The notes under the pieces are model-generated. The model saw nothing but the letters and a program-made list of their open reading frames with translations. It ran no database searches and had not been told where the DNA came from. Made by a program: the position numbers and the translations under genes. From positions 8,576 through 72,575 of the forward strand of contig CAITQP010000009.1 of the NCBI GenBank assembly GCA_903894565.1: a stretch of 64,000 bases of DNA, given 5' to 3'. Positions within the stretch are counted from its first letter, which is position 1, and the number at the start of each line of letters is the position of its first letter. This DNA comes from an uncultured bacterium (GTDB lineage: Bacteria > Patescibacteriota > Minisyncoccia > Phycocordibacterales > UBA9973). Below are positions 57,381-64,000 of this stretch, one piece after another.

Positions 57381-59078
57381 CTAAACGAATTCTTGCTGGT
57401 AACAACTCACGCAATACACGGTCTCTGTACCCTCCGGAGAAAACGCGGTCTTGATTGGTCCTGAACATTTCGCACAACTTCTGTCCCAGAGCTCGGGTGG
57501 GTTCAACCGCTCAAAACGGGCATTCTGGCGACAAGACGGGCATGTGTGAGGTAACGGCAACTGCATTTTTTGAAGAAGTGCAAGCTCAAGTTGTCCGATC
57601 TTATAACCACGTCCACATTCTACGCAACCAATAATCTCACGTAAAACTGAGTCATCGATACCAGCCACTGTTTCTGGAAGATCTTTTGATAGAAGCGTCA
57701 CAGAATGCTGCACCGGCTCATCGTCATACCAACTATATCCTTCAGAGAGAGCCTGTTCTTTCGTCTTCGAAGCATACTTACTCCCTGAACATTCGTTATA
57801 TCCAAAGTGACTCATCATAAGAGGAAAGGACTCGCCGTATGTCCATGTTCTTCCCAGCTCATCAACATAAGGATTTTTCTTCATATCAGCAATTATTTCT
57901 CCACGCAATTTCTCATATTCTTCCTTTGAATATTCCTTATTTAAAATGCAATATTTTTTGCGTTTCAAATTCACACAACCAAAATTTTGTTTACCAGAAA
58001 TCACCCACCATGAATATTCAACATCGAGACAATCAGTGTACGTACAATAGGAAAACCGAATATTTGCGACATTTTCTCCAGTAGAATGTGACTCGTATAT
58101 TCGCTCAGCACCCGCACCCCAACCTGAATAGTCATAACATTCTTTCGCTGAGGGGACAGTGATGAACTGACAATACCGAGAATCTTCGGCGCTTGTACAA
58201 AGATACATATCTTCGGAATTTTTTGATTCAAAAATATATTCCCCAGTAACATTCAAATTCATTGAATTTCCCGTATATTCACGATATGGCAGTGTGTGCC
58301 AAAATTCATTGATTGATGATTTCATTGCCTCGATTCCCGAGTGTGTATCAAAGCCAAATTCAGCAAGTTTCTGCATATATTCATCTTTTGAATACTGTAC
58401 ATTAAAAATCATATATGAAGCTCCTCGTACATTCACGCAACCAATACAGTTGGTACAATTGTAACAATTACGTGAAAACCAAACATCCGTGCAAGCATCG
58501 CATTCCTCTGAATAAAATGTTCGGTAACATTTGTTGATGCCGATAGATTCTGAACAAAGCTGGGATTCACGTGCACGAAGACAATCGGTCGAATCTTTCA
58601 ATTCAAGAATGACTGACGAATTAGAAACATTTTCAGAATAATCTGCCCAAAATGTTAGGTAGCAATTACGCAAATACGATGCTCCATTACAAAATTCAGA
58701 ATTAACCATTGTCGGCGCAAGAACTTCTTGTGCCACCCACGGTGTCTTCCGTGAGAGCTCATAGACCTGTTCAAAGAAGTTTCGAGTCGGATCGTATTCC
58801 ATTCCGTATTCAGTTCCATCCCACTCATCACTCCACCAGCAATCGTTACAATACACCTCGATTGGAACAGTTTTGTTGTACATGGAAAGTGTGCGCTTTT
58901 CGCATTTTGCACAATTCCGCCAGTATACACTCCACACATTATGTGTAGACATGCGGCGCTCGAAGCGACATTTCGAACACCATGTGGGATGCGGAACATC
59001 AATCTTTTTATAGTAATTTTGGTCGCGTTCATCGATGACGAAATCAAGGTGGCAATTTTGACAGTTTTTTGTTTCCAT
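57381..59078 (-). CDS. Cys-rich multi zinc-ribbon / repeat protein, paralog 2
   Basis: Collinear with paralog 1; identical C-terminus VYCVSCYQQEFV. Confidence 0.88.
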   Translation of the reverse strand: METKNCQNCHLDFVIDERDQNYYKKIDVPHPTWCSKCRFERRMSTHNVWSVYWRNCAKCEKRTLSMYNKTVPIEVYCNDCWWSDEWDGTEYGMEYDPTRNFFEQVYELSRKTPWVAQEVLAPTMVNSEFCNGASYLRNCYLTFWADYSENVSNSSVILELKDSTDCLRARESQLCSESIGINKCYRTFYSEECDACTDVWFSRNCYNCTNCIGCVNVRGASYMIFNVQYSKDEYMQKLAEFGFDTHSGIEAMKSSINEFWHTLPYREYTGNSMNLNVTGEYIFESKNSEDMYLCTSAEDSRYCQFITVPSAKECYDYSGWGAGAERIYESHSTGENVANIRFSYCTYTDCLDVEYSWWVISGKQNFGCVNLKRKKYCILNKEYSKEEYEKLRGEIIADMKKNPYVDELGRTWTYGESFPLMMSHFGYNECSGSKYASKTKEQALSEGYSWYDDEPVQHSVTLLSKDLPETVAGIDDSVLREIIGCVECGRGYKIGQLELALLQKMQLPLPHTCPSCRQNARFERLNPPELWDRSCAKCSGPIKTAFSPEGTETVYCVSCYQQEFV

Positions 59079-59114
59079 ATAATTTAAGTATTTGTATTAT
59101 CTCACACGCGCCTC

Positions 59115-59201
59115 CTAATGAAAATCAAACCCAGTACTACCCGCCGACTCCGTGCACATGTACCACACAACCACAAACAAAATCATTGGAATGATAATCA
59201 T
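59115..59201 (-). CDS. putative 28-aa hydrophobic peptide MIIIPMILFVVVWYMCTESAGSTGFDFH
   Basis: Hand-translated ORF below the track cutoff, bracketed by a TGTGAGA direct repeat. Confidence 0.4.
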   Translation of the reverse strand: MIIIPMILFVVVWYMCTESAGSTGFDFH

Positions 59202-59223
59202 ATATTGCTATTAGCTATTATTT

Positions 59224-59267
59224 CTCACAATTAATCCGCAAGTGACTCTTGTGAACTAAAAAGTGAG
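59224..59267 (-). promoter_or_regulatory. conserved 44-nt hairpin motif, copy 1
   Basis: 36/44 identical to 62737-62780. Confidence 0.7.
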
Positions 59268-59300
59268 GGCTATAAATTGGTTTATAGATAGCCCATGTAA

Positions 59301-60059
59301 TCACAGCAACTCACGCAATTGTTCGGGAGTGAACGGGAGCTGCAAGTGTTGCTCCTGTAAGTCCTTCGGTTTTGTAAAACCGAACCGAATCAATTTTTGA
59401 CCAGGGAGAAGCGAGCGCTTCAAATCTCCATAACGTCGCTCAGTTTGAGCCCACCGCTCAGCACTTACCCCAGACTCGACAAGACACACAATGTATGAGG
59501 GCATTACTATTGAGATAATCCGAAAAGCGTCGCTATGCACAACACTAATGCTGTCATACCCCTCAATCGGACCCAACATGTGTTTCTCTTCGACAAAAAC
59601 AATTTTTGTCGAATCTAGTTTTGACACTCGTTCGAATGCACAACCAAGACCCAGCAATTCCGCAACCGATTTCTTCCAATCTTTTCGATCAAGAGAAAAA
59701 GGAATACGTCCATACTTATACTTCTGGTGAGTCGCGAGCATTCGTATCGGAGCTTCTACATATGCACAATAGTGGTGATCCACATCAGTACACACTGAAA
59801 CTGGGATATTGTACTCAACACACTGAGCGACCATGCTCAACCCGTTTGGCTTGTCTGCATCATGATCGTTTAAGTTCATCGACGGATAATGCATATCCGT
59901 TACAACTCCAACGAGCTGATCTTTGAGTTCCTGTAACAGGCGAAGTCCATCAGCCAAATTGTGAGCAATTACCGGGAAGCAACCGGAAGAAAGTACTGCC
60001 TCTTGGGCCAGTTTTGCTTGATCGAGCTTATCCTCGATTACTAACATTATTCTGTTCAT
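59301..60059 (-). CDS. response-regulator receiver-like protein (REC plus a possible degenerate second REC)
   Basis: MLVIEDK, VVTDMHYP, NGLSM; C-terminal IVFVEE...LPFTPEQLRELL. Confidence 0.65.
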   Translation of the reverse strand: MNRIMLVIEDKLDQAKLAQEAVLSSGCFPVIAHNLADGLRLLQELKDQLVGVVTDMHYPSMNLNDHDADKPNGLSMVAQCVEYNIPVSVCTDVDHHYCAYVEAPIRMLATHQKYKYGRIPFSLDRKDWKKSVAELLGLGCAFERVSKLDSTKIVFVEEKHMLGPIEGYDSISVVHSDAFRIISIVMPSYIVCLVESGVSAERWAQTERRYGDLKRSLLPGQKLIRFGFTKPKDLQEQHLQLPFTPEQLRELL

Positions 60060-60223
60060 AACGAATTAATTTATGCATATAATAAAATGATTTGAGAGTA
60101 ACGTCAAAATACTCTACATTCTGATTCTAAAATACCCTTTATTTATAAAGCTTATTTTAAACATGTGATATTATTTCGTCAAAATTCTTGACATAAATAT
60201 AGCCCAAAAGGTATACTTTTGAC

Positions 60224-60979
60224 ATGCCCATAGAGCTCACAACCATCCTCGAAAAAACCGGTCTCTCCAAGAAGCAGGCCGACGTATACCTCGCTCTCCT
60301 TGAGCTTGGTGAGGCATCAATGACAGAAATTTCGAAGCGTGCGAACCAGAAGCGCCCTACCACCTACCTCATCGTCGAAGAACTCGAGCTCGTTGGTCTC
60401 GCCTCGTCCGTCAAAAAGGGTAAGAAAAAAATCTATATGCCTGCACATCCTCGTCGTCTCGCCGAACTGACAAAGTTTCGTATGGACCAAGTCGGCGACG
60501 TAATGCCAGAACTCCTTGCTCGTTACAAATCGGAATCAACCAAACCAAAGATTGAAATGTTTGAAGGTATCGAAGGCGTTCGTAAGGCATACCGTGAAGC
60601 ATTTAGTTTACTTTCTGAACACAAGGAAGGCCTCTGGATCAGCGACATTGAACGTGTGCTCGAAAAATTTCCCGAAGTCCTCAAAGAATACGACAAACTT
60701 GTACGAAGTATTCGCGACCCACGCATTCGTGAAATCACATTTGGCGGAGGGCCGGCTCGCGCATGGGTAGAACACATGCAAAAGGATCACAGCAAATACT
60801 GCAAAGTAAAGTATATGGGCGATCGTGGCCACATCGGTGCTCTCGATCAGCTCATCGTCGGAAACAAGGTCATGAGCTTCTCGCTCAACAAAGATATTTT
60901 TGTCCTCATTACAGAAAGCGAAGCACTAGCAGAAACTCAGCGTGGACTCTTCGAACTTTTGTGGAATCAAAAAAACTAA
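60224..60979 (+). CDS. TrmB-family transcriptional regulator
   Basis: GLSKKQADVYLALLELG...ISKRANQKRPTTYLIVEEL...GL; PKIEMFEGIEGV. Confidence 0.88.
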   Translation: MPIELTTILEKTGLSKKQADVYLALLELGEASMTEISKRANQKRPTTYLIVEELELVGLASSVKKGKKKIYMPAHPRRLAELTKFRMDQVGDVMPELLARYKSESTKPKIEMFEGIEGVRKAYREAFSLLSEHKEGLWISDIERVLEKFPEVLKEYDKLVRSIRDPRIREITFGGGPARAWVEHMQKDHSKYCKVKYMGDRGHIGALDQLIVGNKVMSFSLNKDIFVLITESEALAETQRGLFELLWNQKN

Positions 60980-62721
60980 ATCACTTCTGCTTGATAACAT
61001 GCTTCGCAATACACAAGCTCAGCACGATCCGGTGAATATGCAGTCTCAAATTGATTCAAGCACTTTCCTTCGTGATGAGGGTGGCTATTCTCACACATAC
61101 ATGCACGGTGCCAAAGCTTGTTTGGGTTACGATCAACTACGCGCATGTAGTGACGGCAGTTCGGACAAAGTCTTGGAAGTGGCAAACTATGAGCGCGATA
61201 AAACTGTAATTCCTGTGCTGTGACACGGAATGCGGTAGCGCACTGATCATTACATTCCCCTTTATGAGCACAGCCTATAATCGCAGATACAATATCGTCA
61301 TCTATTTCCAGAATATCATCCGGTAATTCTTCCGGAGAATGTGTGATTTCATAATTTTTAATTTTTCGATTTTTCCATGGAAAACCGTTTCCTTCAGCAA
61401 AATCTTTTGTTATCGGGAAAAATTCTTGAGCTGAGGTTTCATTGTACGCAAATTGTGAGATTTCAATCGGCATAAAATCTCCGTAGGAGTATCCCCTCTC
61501 CTTCGAGTCGATATAAGGCATCATTTTCATCTGTTCTATTATTTTTGGGATCAGTTCATCGTATTCCTCTTTTGAATATTGCTTGTTCAAAATACAATAC
61601 TGTTTACCCCGAAGGCCGACACATCCGAAACAATTGTTATTATTGTTGAATAAGTACAAACAATATCGTAACGCCCGTGCTTCGATAGAATTCACACAAC
61701 CAATAATGTCACTAATATTTTTCCCACATGTTAATGATTCATAGACGCGTTCGGTATTTTCACCAAATTGAGTAAAATCATAGCACTCTTTATTCCCCTT
61801 AATTATGAGCCACATGCAATACTTACAATACTCAGACTCATTCACGATAAACGAATTGTCGGAAAATTTTGAGTTGTAAATATAATCGCCAGTTGAATTC
61901 AGATTTTGTAAACCGTGCATATATTTATGCGGAAACTGTAACCAGAAATCTCGAACCTGTTTTTTCATGTCAGCCACGAATGAATGCGAGCCAAGGTTAA
62001 ATTCTTTTATTTTTTCCGCATACTCATCTTTACTAAACTGCTCGTTGAAAATACAGTATGACTGATTACGCAAATTGATACACCCGAAACAACTCGAGCA
62101 TCCTGAAAGATTTTTTGAGAACCATGTATTATGTGAACTCTCGCAGTCGACAGAATAATATATCTCATAACACTTATTACAATTCAAACTTTCATACCCC
62201 ATCTGTGTACCCTCAATCATTGTCACATCGACTGAATCACGTGAACGCTCAACTTCTTCTCCATACATACACGACTCGTTATAATCAGAATTAAAAAGAT
62301 AATAACAATTTTTCAATGCATGGTTCATGTTTGTAAAACTACTATTCTCAAGTGTTTTGTAGCTAACAGCAAGATGCTGATACGGAACTTTTTTTATAAG
62401 CTCTGCGAGTTGGGAAAAAAATGATTTTGAAAAATCATATTCCTTTCCGTATGTCGTCGCGTCCCATTTATCGCTCCACCAGCACTCACCACAATAACTC
62501 GTAATCCCTGCTTCTGGATCGTACATCGAAATCGTACTCACACCACACATATCGCATGGTCTCTTATAAAGAGAGCGTTCATTACGAAATGAAAGACGAC
62601 GTTGCAATCGACAATCGGGACAAAACGTTGGCGCTGGCACATTCATTTTTCCGTAAAAATCAAAGTCAGTAGATGTAACAACAAAATCATTTTTGCAGTT
62701 TTGGCACACTCGTGTCTCCAT
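60976..62721 (-). CDS. Cys-rich multi zinc-ribbon / repeat protein, paralog 3
   Basis: CQNC, CPDCR, CDMC, YCGECWWSD, YCILNKQYSKEEY, LPRLCPNCRH, VYCEACYQAE. Confidence 0.88.
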   Translation of the reverse strand: METRVCQNCKNDFVVTSTDFDFYGKMNVPAPTFCPDCRLQRRLSFRNERSLYKRPCDMCGVSTISMYDPEAGITSYCGECWWSDKWDATTYGKEYDFSKSFFSQLAELIKKVPYQHLAVSYKTLENSSFTNMNHALKNCYYLFNSDYNESCMYGEEVERSRDSVDVTMIEGTQMGYESLNCNKCYEIYYSVDCESSHNTWFSKNLSGCSSCFGCINLRNQSYCIFNEQFSKDEYAEKIKEFNLGSHSFVADMKKQVRDFWLQFPHKYMHGLQNLNSTGDYIYNSKFSDNSFIVNESEYCKYCMWLIIKGNKECYDFTQFGENTERVYESLTCGKNISDIIGCVNSIEARALRYCLYLFNNNNNCFGCVGLRGKQYCILNKQYSKEEYDELIPKIIEQMKMMPYIDSKERGYSYGDFMPIEISQFAYNETSAQEFFPITKDFAEGNGFPWKNRKIKNYEITHSPEELPDDILEIDDDIVSAIIGCAHKGECNDQCATAFRVTAQELQFYRAHSLPLPRLCPNCRHYMRVVDRNPNKLWHRACMCENSHPHHEGKCLNQFETAYSPDRAELVYCEACYQAEVI

Positions 62722-62736
62722 ATATTTTTTGATTAT

Positions 62737-62780
62737 CTCACAATTAACCCGCGAGCGACACTCGTGGACTAAATAGTGGG
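62737..62780 (-). promoter_or_regulatory. conserved 44-nt hairpin motif, copy 2
   Basis: 15 nt upstream of the paralog 3 start; homologous to 59224-59267. Confidence 0.7.
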
Positions 62781-62784
62781 CTCA

Positions 62785-63186
62785 TCATTTCCGATGAGCC
62801 AACCACCACAAAAGATTATACTTTCGGAGCAGCCATAATATACATGTCCCAGTTATTACAAATACCATCGCCAAACTATATCTATAAACTGCATCAAGCC
62901 ACCAAAATAGTTCACTGGCCAGTAGATGGCAGAGTAGGACCGTCATTATTTGATCGAAAATCTTATCAAAAATGGGCTTCCATAATTTACGAGGATTGGC
63001 AGAAAAATTATGGACATAGATCAATAACAGCAAGAATAAATTTATCTTCACCGAATGCACACTTGGACACAAGGACTTTGTCGCAATAACACAGTGTATT
63101 GTTGGTGCTAAATATCCTGTAGAAAGTACAACAAGGCCAAGCTCTACCAAAATGAGAATAAATACTAATGGATGACGTTTTTCCAT
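62785..63186 (-). CDS. hypothetical membrane protein (~4 TM)
   Basis: Likely start MEKRHPLVFILIL at 63186; the longer ORF-track N-terminus is antisense to the TrmB gene. Confidence 0.6.
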   Translation of the reverse strand: MEKRHPLVFILILVELGLVVLSTGYLAPTIHCVIATKSLCPSVHSVKINLFLLLLIYVHNFSANPRKLWKPIFDKIFDQIMTVLLCHLLASELFWWLDAVYRYSLAMVFVITGTCILWLLRKYNLLWWLAHRK

Positions 63187-63328
63187 GTTACATATTTTGA
63201 ATGTGAAATTATTTCCTACATTATCCAACGGTTTGCTTTTTCTGTCATATTTGTCAACAAATTCTTTATATATGGACAAAAAACCATATTTTATATAGTA
63301 TAAATGTTGTAGGATTTTCCAACAGATT

Positions 63329-64000
63329 ATGCGAAACGACCAAAAAATCATCGATTCTCTCACAGACTTCGGTCTCGAGAAAAACGAGGCGACTGTGTAT
63401 CTCGCTTCTCTTTCGCTCGGCCCGACCACAATACTAAAGCTTGCGAACCAGTCTGGCGTGAACCGCACGACTGTATACGAGATCGTCGAGGCGCTTGAAC
63501 ACAAAGGACTCATGAAAAAAGAGATCCATGGCTTAAAAACACTCTTCTCCCCCGAGCATCCCGACCGCCTCGAGAATACACTCTCTCGAAAACGCGAGGC
63601 GCTTACGAAACTTCTCCCAGAGCTTGAGAGCAAATACCACCTAAAAGGTTCTGGAAGTACAATCAAGTATTACGAGGGACTCTCCGCCATCAAAAATCTT
63701 TACGGCGATCTTGCACACGAACTCAAACCAACTGATTTCTACTATGTCGTTTCAAACACAGCCGAATGGGAAGCAATCGATGACAACTATTTTCGCAAAG
63801 AGCACGTGGAAATTTTTTCGCAAAAACGTGTCGATCGACGAGTACTCTTTGTCGATTCACCTGAGGCACAAGCACGCAAAAAATATGAGCGTAATTTCAA
63901 CGAAGTCGTAAAGATACTCCCGCCTGACTCAAACATCCACGTCGACCTCTGCATCACACCGTACAAGCTTGTTATCTTTCAACTTCATCAACCGCTTGTC
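63329..64000 (+). CDS. TrmB-family transcriptional regulator (3'-truncated by the window)
   Basis: Manual translation: MRNDQKIIDSLTDFGLEKNEATVYLASLSLGPTTILKLANQSGVNRTTVYEIVEALEHKGL...IKYYEGLSAIKNLY. Confidence 0.88.
   Translation, partial: MRNDQKIIDSLTDFGLEKNEATVYLASLSLGPTTILKLANQSGVNRTTVYEIVEALEHKGLMKKEIHGLKTLFSPEHPDRLENTLSRKREALTKLLPELESKYHLKGSGSTIKYYEGLSAIKNLYGDLAHELKPTDFYYVVSNTAEWEAIDDNYFRKEHVEIFSQKRVDRRVLFVDSPEAQARKKYERNFNEVVKILPPDSNIHVDLCITPYKLVIFQLHQPLV

Noticed and set aside
63187-63666. N-terminal extension of ORF 62785-63666
   Set aside because: It is antisense to a clear TrmB gene starting at 63329; the plausible start is 63186.
55631-64000. Classical integron
   Set aside because: No integrase in the window, and the 44-nt hairpin lacks the RYYYAAC/GTTRRRY core sites.
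1-64000. tRNA, rRNA, tmRNA or SRP genes
   Set aside because: No cloverleaf/T-loop or other diagnostic motif was found by eye in the intergenic regions; tRNAscan-SE or Infernal would be needed to exclude them formally.

Overview
This is a gene-dense window that looks like a Patescibacteria (CPR/Parcubacteria-like) chromosome. That is inferred from the missing rpmD, archaeal-type pyrH/cmk, CPR-style surface proteins, short trigger factor and type IV pilus cluster. Positions 1.7-27.6 kb hold the str/S10/spc ribosomal superoperon on the minus strand, broken by several insertions: orphan genes, a frameshifted double-peptidase gene, cmk-truB, dgkA and a HigBA-like toxin-antitoxin pair. Next come surface proteins, split comEC, sod, rnhA, recJ, pgk/tpiA, a pilBC + minor pilin cluster, nusA, ppa, tig, clpP and rny. 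The window ends in a repeated module of a TrmB-like regulator, a divergent variable gene, a conserved hairpin and ~570-aa Cys-rich proteins. The most unusual signals are non-coding. (1) Small elements have a conserved, covarying GC-rich core and 25-43 bp inverted arms that differ at each locus; one sits in frame inside truB. (2) An Ile-rich leader-peptide attenuator precedes an unknown gene. (3) A conserved 44-nt hairpin precedes the Cys-rich paralogs. No rRNA, tRNA, CRISPR array, integrase or transposase was recognised. All calls are by eye; no searches or folding programs were run.
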